Source: an uncultured Nitrososphaerales archaeon
GTDB lineage: Archaea; Thermoproteota; Nitrososphaeria; Nitrososphaerales; Nitrososphaeraceae
Assembly (NCBI GenBank): GCA_963695855.1
Contig: CAVOHZ010000003.1
Span: 128,001-192,000, forward strand
DNA: 64,000 nucleotides
Direction of reading: 5' to 3'
The notes under the pieces: generated by a model
What the model saw: only the letters and a program-made list of their open reading frames with translations
Database searches by the model: none
What the model was told of the DNA's origin: nothing
Program-made: the position numbers and the translations under genes
Part shown: piece after piece, positions 52,698 to 62,357 of the stretch
Layout of the letters: every line of letters begins with the position of its first letter
Position numbering within the stretch: position 1 is the first letter of the stretch

Positions 52698-53606
52698 GAG
52701 CCTATCCCAAAAATAGATAGGAATATGACTCGTTGGTTTCCTATCATATATGATAATGTTTGAGTAAGAATAAAAAGTATGTTAGAACAATTATACGTAT
52801 TCCAGACGATCTTTGGAATGAAATTAAAAATATTTTATCAGACGAGAAAGCAGAGAATACAATAGGCCGTCCAATTGTTCCTTATAGAAAAGTACTTGAT
52901 GGGATCATGTTTATCCTCCTGAGGACTGGATGTCAATGGAAAATGTTACCCAAACAAAGAATATGGTTCTGGTTCTACCTGTCATAGAAGATTTCAAGAA
53001 TGGAGAGAATCAGGTATATTTGATAAATTATGGAGCAGATTATTAAAAATATACGATAACAAGAGAGGAATCAAATGGACATGGCAATCACTCGATAGCA
53101 TATCCGTAAAATCACCTTTAGGGGAGCGATGACCGGAAATAATCCTACTGCTAATAGAAGCAAATTAGGGACGAAAAGACATATTCTAACAGATAAAGAT
53201 GGCATTCCCCTTTCAACTGTTATAACATCTGCATATACTCACAATGATGTTACTGTTGCAATTGAAACAGTTGACAGTATGGTTATCAAAAGATTATCAT
53301 CATCCAAACCAAAGCATAAACAGAAACAGAATCTATGTCTTGACAAAGCATATCATTCCAAAAATGTAGAACAAGAAATCATCAAGAGAGGATACATTCC
53401 ACCTATCCGACACAGAAGAGAAGAAAAGATATTTTGTAGAAAACATCCATTAAGACGATGGGTTGTAGAGAGAACAAATTCATGGCACAATAGATTCAGG
53501 AAATTATTTACAAGGTATGAAAAGAAGGATGATGAGAACTATCTTGGTCTTGTGCAATTAGCTAATAGCATTATTGTTTATACGAGGATAATTTTGGGAT
53601 AGGCTC
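52698..53606 (+). mobile_element. IS5-family element (IS427/IS1031-like) with a disrupted transposase
   Basis: Perfect 15-bp TIR GAGCCTATCCCAAAA, TAA duplicated on both sides; fragments LRTGCQWKMLP, EYGSGSTCHRRFQEW, GTKRHILTD, LDKAY, RWVVERT. Confidence 0.92.
52760..53602 (+). pseudogene. IS5 transposase in several frames (ORFs 52760-52987 and 53129-53602)
   Basis: Frame break near 52955 (CAAACAAAGAA) and a second at about 53120 (TTAGGGGAGCG). Confidence 0.8.
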
Positions 53607-53785
53607 TAAGCTTAAATCTAGAAAATCCTTTGCTGCTGATATTTAACCTAACTATTAATGGATATTAAATTTTAGCCTGTTGCAACATATTGCTTTTTGT
53701 CCAGCACATAATGTTATCAAATTCCTTTTCCATATCTTCGTTTAGTGACCTCACGGATTTTGTTGTCAGATGTACATTTTGTTAA

Positions 53786-53830
53786 ATTATATTATATTAT
53801 ATTATGTTATGTTATGTTATGTTATGTTAT
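53786..53830. repeat. pentanucleotide microsatellite (ATTAT)4(GTTAT)5
   Basis: Read directly from the sequence. Confidence 0.95.
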
Positions 53831-54224
53831 GTATGAATTTTCATATCACGCTTACGTGTCGTGAGTTGCTGTTCAATAGATTTTAAAGTGTTAAAATTAG
53901 AAGACCACATGTAATTCAGCTATAATTTTTAATTTTCTACAATATTCTATAACTGCTTTCAAAATCTGTTTGTAATTTTTAACCGAAGCTTTAATGAAGT
54001 AGCTATGAATTTACAAATTATTCCTTCAGTTCTAAGAGCGTATATGATTTTTTTGTTCAATCTCTTTACAGATCAGATCAGAGTTGGACAGATCCAATCC
54101 TAGAATTGATACAAAATAATCCAATTTTATGGATGGGAGAGTAAAATTTGGTAAATCCATATAGACTGGCGCGGTGAAAAGGGAACGAAGCTGTAGACCT
54201 CATTTTCATGCAAGATACCTGATA

Positions 54225-55025
54225 CTACTCCATTTTGAATTTCGCATTCATATATGGATGAATGCTGCAAAAATATTCATACTCTTTATCTTTCAGATCG
54301 GATAACATTAAAGTGTAGCTTTCATTTGATTTTATAATTGATGAGTCGAACGATTTCCCATCGTCTTTGAGGCTTGTTACCGTGTGTGGAACATTATCTA
54401 AATTTGTCCATATAATTCCAGAAGAGCCTTTTATAACTAGATCTTCAGGGGAATAATCGGGATTTCCCTGTGCGGAGGAGCCTGCCAGTATTTCTACTTT
54501 TGCTAGTTTCGAGGTATCTATTTCGCTAGTTTGAAGCTGACTTGTTTCCTGTTTTTGAGTAACTTCGGGTGCTGCTTCAGGATGCGGTATTGCAAGTAAA
54601 GAAAGTACTATTATTCCTACAACAACAGATATAACAAATATAACAAGATATAATTTCACTTTTGAGCTGTTTCTGTGAATTGCTATCACAACTGCTGTGG
54701 CTGGAATTGATATAAGTAGGATAAGCCCAATGTATATGAAAATACTTGGAGCTTGAACACTAGAAATAACAGCATTGGTTAATCCTAAGATTACCAGAAT
54801 TCCTAATGTAATGAAGGTTGCTAATTTTGCTTTTTTCGAAGAGGGAAATCCATCTTTGAGAACCCCAGCTGAAAGGAAAATCATACCTATTAAAAAGGTT
54901 AATAAGGATACAGCGTGCATTCCATCAATAAATGTCTTAGCTATTCCAGAAAGAGATATCATTACACCTACGATACCCAGAGATGTAAGACCTATTCCAG
55001 GGGTTAAGAGGTCCCAGTCAGACAT
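54225..55025 (-). CDS. multi-TM membrane protein with a C-terminal type 1 copper (plastocyanin-like) domain
   Basis: About five hydrophobic helices, then WTN...PHTVT and YFCSIHPYM (H-C-H-M ligands). Confidence 0.9.
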   Translation of the reverse strand: MSDWDLLTPGIGLTSLGIVGVMISLSGIAKTFIDGMHAVSLLTFLIGMIFLSAGVLKDGFPSSKKAKLATFITLGILVILGLTNAVISSVQAPSIFIYIGLILLISIPATAVVIAIHRNSSKVKLYLVIFVISVVVGIIVLSLLAIPHPEAAPEVTQKQETSQLQTSEIDTSKLAKVEILAGSSAQGNPDYSPEDLVIKGSSGIIWTNLDNVPHTVTSLKDDGKSFDSSIIKSNESYTLMLSDLKDKEYEYFCSIHPYMNAKFKME

Positions 55026-55190
55026 ACTGTATGGTTAGTTTTGAGTGTTTCGCTATAATTTTAACCTTTTCAACTGTGATAAGTATTTCACATTGTGATA
55101 ATGACAAAAAAAATATTATATTAAATCATAGAGATATATAACGAATAAATTAAATCCAACGTTATTAATTATTCTAAACGTGCTGATAAA

Positions 55191-56078
55191 GTGGATATAA
55201 AACCGTATATTGAAGTTTCAAAACCAAGAATTGTAGTTGTTTTAGTAATAACTGCGGTAGCATCAATGCTAGGTGCAACTCGATTCGATAGCTCGCCAGG
55301 TATTGCATGGGATGTATCTCTCTGGAAATTATTTTTCTTGACTCTTTGTGGCTCTCTTGCCTCTATGGGCTCTAGTGCTTTAAATCACTACTACGACAGA
55401 GACATTGATAAGATTATGGAAAGAACATCGAAAAGACCTATCCCATCTGGACAATTATCAGCAAGAACTGTCATTATTTATGGTATATGCATTAGTGTTT
55501 TTTCAGTGGTCATTGCATGGTTTACATTAAATCCGATGGCTACATTCATGATCGCATTGGGAATATTTTTTTATGTAGTTATATATACAGCATGGCTGAA
55601 AAGATCACACTCCTTGAATATAGTTATCGGAGGGTTCGCTGGCAGTGCAGCATCAATGGCTGGATGGGCCACAACAACTGGATCCATGGATCTTTTGGGA
55701 TTTCTAGTAGGCTGGTTGGTTTTCATGTGGACACCGCCTCATTTTTGGTGTCTCGCGATAAAAAAGAGAGAAGAATATGCAAGTGTAAAAATTCCGATGC
55801 TTCCTGTGCTTATTGGAAATACAAAAACTGCAAAGTATATCTTTATCAATACTGCCATATTACTACCATTTTCACTTTTATTATATTTTTTTGGATTGGG
55901 AATAGTTTACACAATAATAGCATTTGTTTCTGGTACTGTTATGCTAATTTATCACTATAAATTAACAAAAAATCCGACCCCTGAATTTGCTTGGAAGGCG
56001 TATAAGGTAACAGCGCCTTACTTAGTTATAGTATTTATAGCAATAGCGATAGACGCGTTATTTTATTTTAGATTCTAA
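55191..56078 (+). CDS. cyoE: protoheme IX farnesyltransferase (heme o synthase)
   Basis: NHYYDRDIDKIMERTSKRPIPSG, YTAWLKR, NIVIGG, WTPPHFW. Confidence 0.95.
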   Translation: MDIKPYIEVSKPRIVVVLVITAVASMLGATRFDSSPGIAWDVSLWKLFFLTLCGSLASMGSSALNHYYDRDIDKIMERTSKRPIPSGQLSARTVIIYGICISVFSVVIAWFTLNPMATFMIALGIFFYVVIYTAWLKRSHSLNIVIGGFAGSAASMAGWATTTGSMDLLGFLVGWLVFMWTPPHFWCLAIKKREEYASVKIPMLPVLIGNTKTAKYIFINTAILLPFSLLLYFFGLGIVYTIIAFVSGTVMLIYHYKLTKNPTPEFAWKAYKVTAPYLVIVFIAIAIDALFYFRF

Positions 56079-56112
56079 TAAATTATAGATCATCTAACAA
56101 ATTATAGGTCAT

Positions 56113-56322
56113 TTAACGCAATAGTTCAATTCGTCGTTTATCTTTAGATATCCATGAGACTTTTAATAAACCATAAATTTCCAAATCTAACAGGATTTTG
56201 TTCAGTTCTGCAGAATCTAACTCTATCCCTTCCTTTGACAAAATGGACGTTAATTCTGAATCGGTAAGATTATTTAATTGCTGTATTTTTTCATAGATGA
56301 TATTTCTTAAAGGATATTTCAA
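56113..56322 (-). CDS. small winged-helix-like hypothetical protein
   Basis: LNKILLDLEIYGLLKVSW. Confidence 0.7.
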   Translation of the reverse strand: MKYPLRNIIYEKIQQLNNLTDSELTSILSKEGIELDSAELNKILLDLEIYGLLKVSWISKDKRRIELLR

Positions 56323-56403
56323 GCTTAGTGATAAATGATCATCTAATATAGTATTAATATATTTTCCAATTTCAAATTCATGTGATTTAATAAAAAAACT
56401 CTT

Positions 56404-56685
56404 TTACTTTATATTTACAGATTGTCTACTTACGCTAATAACTTGTATCTCACTTACACCGTTCGTTTTCTTTATGCTTTCTTCTAAGGCATCCATTTGA
56501 CCTTCTGAATCATCTAATGTGAAATCGCAAAGTAAAGAGAAAATACCAAACGCGAGAGGTTCTTTACCATATCTTTTTAGTTCCATTCCACTTGGAATTT
56601 GTAAGGGTAAATCTTTAATAATTTCGTCTAGATTAGTATCAGATTCCATGGGTAATATTTTAATTCTAGCCACGAGTCGAGCCAT
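56404..56685 (-). CDS. ef1b: translation elongation factor 1-beta
   Basis: KILP, EPLAFGI, D..EG..D.LEE; downstream of a Zn-ribbon gene as is usual in archaea. Confidence 0.93.
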   Translation of the reverse strand: MARLVARIKILPMESDTNLDEIIKDLPLQIPSGMELKRYGKEPLAFGIFSLLCDFTLDDSEGQMDALEESIKKTNGVSEIQVISVSRQSVNIK

Positions 56686-56687
56686 AT

Positions 56688-56873
56688 CTATGGACCCTCG
56701 AAGCTACAATTTACACATTTATATGATCTTGCAAATTCTCTACAGCTTTGACATCTCCACAATAAAACGTATCCACAACTAGGACAATAAAATTTTACAC
56801 ATTCATCATTAGGCATTATTGATCTATTACATGATGAACAGACTGGCAATTCTAATGTTTTAGACATTTTCAT
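56688..56873 (-). CDS. DUF1610 / HVO_2753-type zinc finger protein
   Basis: CSSC..F.CPSCG..RC..CR...Y.C..C.FEGP. Confidence 0.92.
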   Translation of the reverse strand: MKMSKTLELPVCSSCNRSIMPNDECVKFYCPSCGYVLLWRCQSCREFARSYKCVNCSFEGP

Positions 56874-56910
56874 TCAATTTGACAAATCCGAATTTATATC
56901 TTGTTATATA

Positions 56911-58081
56911 TTAAAAGTCTATCATATGTCTGAATTCATTTCCCACTATAGTACTGATCAATTTCATAGTTTTTTTAGTTCCAAGAATCCTAGATATAGC
57001 TATACTATGAAAATCGAAACTTGCTGATTCAGAAATTTCATCAAGAGTGGTATCGGTTACAACTGAAAGTATTTCATCAAGGGATTTGTTGTCAAGTCTT
57101 TCCAAAATTTTCCTAAATAGAAGCATAATTTGAAACTCTTTTCCAAAAATCGAAAACCATTTTTTTTCATATTCATGAAGATGAATTTTTTGATTAGTGG
57201 TCTTGTATCTTGCGATGCTCTTCCCAGCCAATATTCCTCCCATTCCACATGAAAAAATTCCTCCTGCAGTAGTTGGTTTTGTTTGGCCTGCAGCGTCACC
57301 TACCAACAGACTTCGCTCATTTATGAAATTTTTTAGTGGTCCTCCAACCCAAACAGGAGCATATATCTTTCTAATGGCAGAATATTTGAAATTGAAACTT
57401 GAGATAAAGGATTCAAGTGTTTGTAAGGCATTGATTTTGCTTCCTGCAACACCTACCTTTGCTTTTCCTTGACCAGTTGGTATTATCCATGCGAAAAAAT
57501 GAGGATATATTTCGCTATCTAATTTTACTAGGATTTCATCACATGGAATCCTATCAGCATAGATCTCATACTGAGCAGATTGTAAAATGCCATTTCGACT
57601 AGTTCGATTAATAAGAGATGAAATACCCCTTGCATCAACAAAAAGAATCCGAACTGAATGAGCAATTATTAGTTCTTATTGCGAATTTCTTTTCAAGAGA
57701 ATCATAATTTATAGTGGTTACTAAATTTCTTGTTACAATATCAGCTCCAGATTTTTGAGCTTGAAACGCTATCTGTTTGTCAAATTCTCTTCTATCGAGA
57801 ACGATTAATTTATCATGTTTTATAATAATGTCAAAACTTTTAGAAGCTGACGAGATTTTTGCTTTTTTTATACTATGTACAATTGATCTCGAAGATGGAA
57901 TAATTCCCAATTTTTCCATAGCCTGAAGACTAACCAGTCCACCACAATGTTCTGGAGTTCCAATTTCACTATCTTCTTCAAGAACTAATACTGATAAACC
58001 GGATCTCGCTATTTCTCTAGCGCACAATAAACCTGAAACGCTTCCACCTGCTACTATTACATCATAGAATTTTTTTTCCAT
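56911..58081 (-). pseudogene. geranylgeranyl reductase-family flavoprotein, single frameshift near 57642
   Basis: GGSVSG...PEHCGG N-half; the +1 frame continues VDARG...FAWIIP...AKVGV...LVGDAAGQTKPTTAGGI with no further stop. Confidence 0.85.
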
Positions 58082-58130
58082 TAATACAATATAACCATTT
58101 TATTAATAATAATTAAAATGTATTTTAGAT

Positions 58131-58484
58131 ATGGATCTTAAACAAGTCATGATAGTTCGAAAAGATCTTAAAATGGGTACTGGAAAGATAGCTGCACAAG
58201 TAGCACATGCCTCAGTTTTAGCATATGAAAGATCTAGAATCAAAAACAGTGCTTGGCTTAAAACATGGTATAAGTTTGGACAACCAAAGGTGGTACTTAA
58301 AGTAAATAGTTTAGAAGAGTTAGAGGAAATAAGGAAAAGAGCAGAGGCACATGATTTACCTGTCGTAATAGTACGTGATGCTGGTTTGACTCAACTTGAG
58401 CCAGGTACTGCGACTTGTCTTGGAATCGGGCCTGCGCCAATTAGTTTAATTGACAGGGTTACTGGAGGTTTAAAGCTTCTTTAG
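58131..58484 (+). CDS. pth2: peptidyl-tRNA hydrolase Pth2
   Basis: KQVMIVRKDLKMGTGKIAAQVAHA, DAGLTQ, GIGP. Confidence 0.96.
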   Translation: MDLKQVMIVRKDLKMGTGKIAAQVAHASVLAYERSRIKNSAWLKTWYKFGQPKVVLKVNSLEELEEIRKRAEAHDLPVVIVRDAGLTQLEPGTATCLGIGPAPISLIDRVTGGLKLL

Positions 58485-58623
58485 AATAGTGGAAAAAAAT
58501 TATTATATTGATCAAATTTTGTTATCCAGCAATATTAAAAAGTCGCTTGAATCTTATTACATAGAAAAAGTTAAGAATTCAGTTAGTTAAAAAAAATTAA
58601 CACAAAGCCTTATTTTAGTTGTA

Positions 58624-59019
58624 ATGTATAAAATATTGTTGCGAAGGAAGAAAAAAGACGTAGTTCATAGTTCACAGATAACCTTAGATGAATTCTATAT
58701 TAAAAAATTTAAGGAAAAAATAGAAAAGATGTTGTTAATAAGTAATATGAATAACCATCCATTAGTACTTTATAGAAGGACGATTGAGGAAAACGATGTA
58801 AGTATAGAAGAAGAAATAGGTACTGTTTCGGAGCGATATGTGGTAGTTCAAATCTTTACTCATGGAGGATACCTTCCGGTCCTATTTAGGGAACAACATG
58901 TTTTCACGCCTGAAGAATTCCCCTACTGGATAATTAAAAGAAGTAGGAGTATGCTCTTACAATGTATGGAAAATATGGATGACTTTATAAACACATACAA
59001 TTCTCATTTAGAGAATTAA
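58624..59019 (+). CDS. hypothetical protein
   Basis: 131-aa ORF filling the gap. Confidence 0.65.
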   Translation: MYKILLRRKKKDVVHSSQITLDEFYIKKFKEKIEKMLLISNMNNHPLVLYRRTIEENDVSIEEEIGTVSERYVVVQIFTHGGYLPVLFREQHVFTPEEFPYWIIKRSRSMLLQCMENMDDFINTYNSHLEN

Positions 59020-59086
59020 TTATTTTTTAATGAGTTTTTTAAATCTATTTTGGCGACATATAACTGAAAAAGGAAAAGAAAAAATT

Positions 59087-60283
59087 TTAAAAATTAGAAT
59101 CTAATATAACTAAACCTGGCATCTTATCACCAGCAAGATATCTAAGAGTAGCACCCCCTCCCGTTGAAACGTGACTTACTTCTGATTCAGAAACTCCGGA
59201 TTTCTTCATGGCCTCCAATGTGTCTCCTCCTCCTATTAGTGTCTTGGACCCTCTCCAATATGCTAAAGCCATACTTTTTGCTATGTGGATAGTACCATTA
59301 GAAAAGAGATCCTTCTCAAAAAATCCCATTGGTCCGTTCCAAAAAATTGTTCCGTTCTTATTAGATCCAATCTCGGAGGAATAATTTTGTATAGTTTCAT
59401 TTCCGATATCAAATCCGATCATTCCGTCAGGAATATTTTCCTTACATAGGATTGCCGACTCGCTTTCAGCATTTGTTGAAACTATGTGATCGACTGGAAG
59501 TACTATCTTTTCCTTGTATCTTTTTAATGAGTTTTTAGCCCAATCTAAATGCGCTTCGTCTATCGGAGAATTCCCAATATTCAGTCCTTTTGCCTTGAGA
59601 AAGGTATATGCAGCGGCTCCGCCTATTAAGATTTTATCTGCTTTTGTTAACAAATTTTCCATTGCCCCAATTTTATCTCTTATTTTGACACCTCCGATAA
59701 CCACAAGAAATGGTCTAATTGGTTTCTCTTTTATCATTGTAAGATATTCAAGTTCCTTCTTCAGATTGAATCCGCCCAATTTCATATCAAACAATGTTGC
59801 GGCGCCATAAGTTGACGAATGTTTTCTATGCGATGTGCTAAATGCGTCATTCACATAAATATCAGCCAATGATGCAAGTTGTTTTGAAAATTCTGGATTA
59901 TTTAATTCCTCCTCATGATGAAAACGGAGATTTTCTAATAAAATAATTCTTGATTTTTGAAGTCTGCGAACTTGGTTGTAAACTTTATTTCCAACACAAT
60001 CCGGAACAAATTTGACTTGTGTTTTTGAAAGAATTTCAGAAAGTCTTGTTGCAACAGGAAATAGAGAATAATCTGAATTGTGATCCTTGGGTCTTCCCAA
60101 GTGCGAAATTAATACTACCTTACAATTTCTTTTTACCAGATAATCTATGGTAGGAATAGACATTCTAATCCTATAATCCTCACCTATGTTCCCATTTTTA
60201 ATACTGACATTAAAATCAACTCGAACTAAGGCAGTCTTTCCATCGTATTCATCATCATTGATATCTGTCAAGAATTTGATCAT
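59087..60283 (-). CDS. pgk: phosphoglycerate kinase (likely start 60283, MIKFLTD)
   Basis: RVDFNV, SHLGRP, LLENLRF, YVNDAF..HR, WNGPMG.FE, GGGDT, STGGGA. Confidence 0.95.
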   Translation of the reverse strand: MIKFLTDINDDEYDGKTALVRVDFNVSIKNGNIGEDYRIRMSIPTIDYLVKRNCKVVLISHLGRPKDHNSDYSLFPVATRLSEILSKTQVKFVPDCVGNKVYNQVRRLQKSRIILLENLRFHHEEELNNPEFSKQLASLADIYVNDAFSTSHRKHSSTYGAATLFDMKLGGFNLKKELEYLTMIKEKPIRPFLVVIGGVKIRDKIGAMENLLTKADKILIGGAAAYTFLKAKGLNIGNSPIDEAHLDWAKNSLKRYKEKIVLPVDHIVSTNAESESAILCKENIPDGMIGFDIGNETIQNYSSEIGSNKNGTIFWNGPMGFFEKDLFSNGTIHIAKSMALAYWRGSKTLIGGGDTLEAMKKSGVSESEVSHVSTGGGATLRYLAGDKMPGLVILDSNF

Positions 60284-60411
60284 ATAGATAGGATAAAAAA
60301 TATCTGTTGGAGAATAAAGGTTTTGATAATTAAAATAATGATAAATACCCAGAAAAAAACAACTGAAATATATCATCAAGTTTTTCTCCGAAAATTATTT
60401 TAGGAAAATTT

Positions 60412-60990
60412 ATGCATATTAATGATTCATCATGGAAAACTAATAGTGGTAAAAAGCTAATATTTTTCTTAGCTGCTGGTTTCTGTCCATATTGTGCTGC
60501 AGAACGATGGGCAATAGTCGAGGGATTAAGAAAATTTGGAGAATGGGAAGAATTGATCGAGAATCACAAAGCAAACACTAATGAAAAGTTTTTAAATATA
60601 CCTACTTTTGATTTTTCTCATTTCAAATATGAAAGTTCGTTTGTAGAGTTTCGTGGAAACGAAATCTCTGACAGATATTCTAAAGAAAAAGAAATATTGG
60701 AAAAAATTGACGCATAAATCCTAGAAACATATAACCCTCATGTTCTGATTGCATTTTTACTAATTGATGGTCAATTTATGCAATTTGGAACTGGGATAAA
60801 TCCAGAATTATTAAAGAAATTAAATCATGAAGAGATAAGAAAAATGATGAGGGACGAAAATTCCCTACTTGGCAAATCTATCATTAACGAGAACAACGTT
60901 ATAGCATCTCTAATATGCAAAAGTATTGACAATATACCAGAAAATATCGAAGATAAATCGATTATAGAACCGTTTTCAAAGATAAAATGA
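60412..60990 (+). pseudogene. DUF929-like thioredoxin-fold protein with an in-frame TAA at 60715-60717
   Basis: FCPYCAAERW motif; both ORFs share a frame and the gap reads ILETYNPHVLIAFLLIDGQF. Confidence 0.8.
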
Positions 60991-61012
60991 AGGAAATTGA
61001 ATAAAAATTAAT

Positions 61013-61507
61013 TTATTTCAATCCAGTTATTCGTATTTCAGTTGGACATCCAAGTTTACTTGATGCTACTTTGAATCCTTCTTTTGCCAATGGTAAATTT
61101 GCAGAAGTAACATAAGCTTCTATTATTGATTGCCCTGGTTTAACCCTCGCTGCTAGCCCAGTTGCTTTCCCAAATGCTCTTCTCATACCTTCCTGGAGTC
61201 TATCTGCTCCTGCAGTTGCTATCATTTTGTTTTCCCTTAGCAGTACATGAGGATATACTTTTAATTTAGAGAAAAAACTAGTCTCTCCAGCCTGAGCCAT
61301 TCTTTTATTAGCAGATAATCTTGCTGCCTCTAAAGCATTATGACGAATTTGAATATTTTCTGTAACAATTAATTCTAATTTATAATCATAGCTATTACTT
61401 GCTTGACCTGAAGAAAATTTTGCAATTTTCGATTGCGGCTTTCCTTTAATATATTCCCGTCTAACATAGGGCATCCCCTTTGGTTCTCTATAATTTGCAC
61501 CTTTCAA
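61013..61507 (-). CDS. rpl10e: 50S ribosomal protein L10e/uL16
   Basis: IRHNALEAAR, YPH..LRENKM..AGADRLQEGMRRAFGK. Confidence 0.96.
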   Translation of the reverse strand: MKGANYREPKGMPYVRREYIKGKPQSKIAKFSSGQASNSYDYKLELIVTENIQIRHNALEAARLSANKRMAQAGETSFFSKLKVYPHVLLRENKMIATAGADRLQEGMRRAFGKATGLAARVKPGQSIIEAYVTSANLPLAKEGFKVASSKLGCPTEIRITGLK

Positions 61508-61544
61508 TTTTAGTTCACTAATCTTTTTATATCAAACATAAACT

Positions 61545-62167
61545 TTGATTTATTCGTTTATGTATAATACGACATCCGGCACAAATCACAATAACACGGA
61601 TAATGAAAATGAATTAAGTTTTAGTGTAGATGCACGAATAGATAATAAAAATACAATAATAATAGATTCTATTAAACAACAGGATCAGTTAAGAAATAAA
61701 GGGTTTGGAGAAAAAATAAAAGAAAAATTTATTATTGAAGCGTATGAAGCTCTTTTTCTTTTATATAACAAAAGATTAGTTTTAAAAAAAAAAAGACAAA
61801 ATTAGATTTTTCACAACTTTCTGAAATGTTATTGAAGGATGACATTTCAATATTTACCAAATTTCTCATATATAGAGATCTAAGAAGTCGAGGATACGTG
61901 GCGAAAGAAGGATTCGGATTTGGTTTAGATTTTCGTGTTTATGATAGAGGAGAATATCTAAAGAAACCTGCTAAATACGTAGTTTTTGGAATTAATGAAG
62001 GATTGAATATTCAGAGTAGCCATTTATATGAGAATATTAATTCCATTGAGAAAATGGGAAAAGAAGGAATAATTGCTGTAATTGAGAGAAGAGGAGAAAT
62101 AATCTATTATAAGATAAATAGAAAAAAATTTGAAACTAATAACAGATCGATTTCACTTTCTCAATAA
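61545..62167 (+). CDS. endA: tRNA-splicing endonuclease subunit (probably structural beta), frame broken at A11 (61784-61794)
   Basis: N-half GFG...EAYEALFL; C-half IYRDLRSRGY...FG.DFRVY..G; the catalytic His position reads PAKY. Confidence 0.85.
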
Positions 62168-62264
62168 TAAAAAAAAGTGCAACTAGCAGATGTAAAAATA
62201 ATAAAATTAAGAAAATAGAGATATAGATGTATTTTTTATATACGTTATTCTGTGTAAGATGATC

Positions 62265-62354
62265 TGTGGGATAATGATGATCACGATAGTCCCCCTATTA
62301 TATGGGATTATGCCCTGTAAAATGAAGAGAGGTACCGGACTACTGAGTTCCATA
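62265..62354 (+). ncRNA. candidate box C/D guide sRNA
   Basis: TATA TTTATATA 62235-42; terminal stem TGTGGGAT/GTTCCATA; box C ATGATGA 62274-80; C' ATGAAGA 62322-28; box D CTGA 62343-46; D' degenerate. Confidence 0.65.
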
Positions 62355-62357
62355 AAA

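Noticed and set aside
54170-54200. GGTGAAAAGGGAA resembling a cobalamin riboswitch start
   Set aside because: The downstream conserved elements (GCCCCCGCAACTGT-like core, AGCCAG B12 box) are absent and it does not lie 5' of a co-oriented gene
57635-57637. TGA after Cys as possible selenocysteine (also TGA at 16615)
   Set aside because: Homologous or motif-bearing sequence continues in a different frame, so a frameshift explains it
2623-59810. Numerous 60-150 aa ORFs overlapping real genes (e.g. 2623, 6882, 7287, 8203, 12435, 18141, 19351, 25907, 28964, 41236, 49057, 49690, 54775, 55517, 56519, 57197, 59514)
   Set aside because: Antisense or off-frame shadows of well-supported genes, with no motifs
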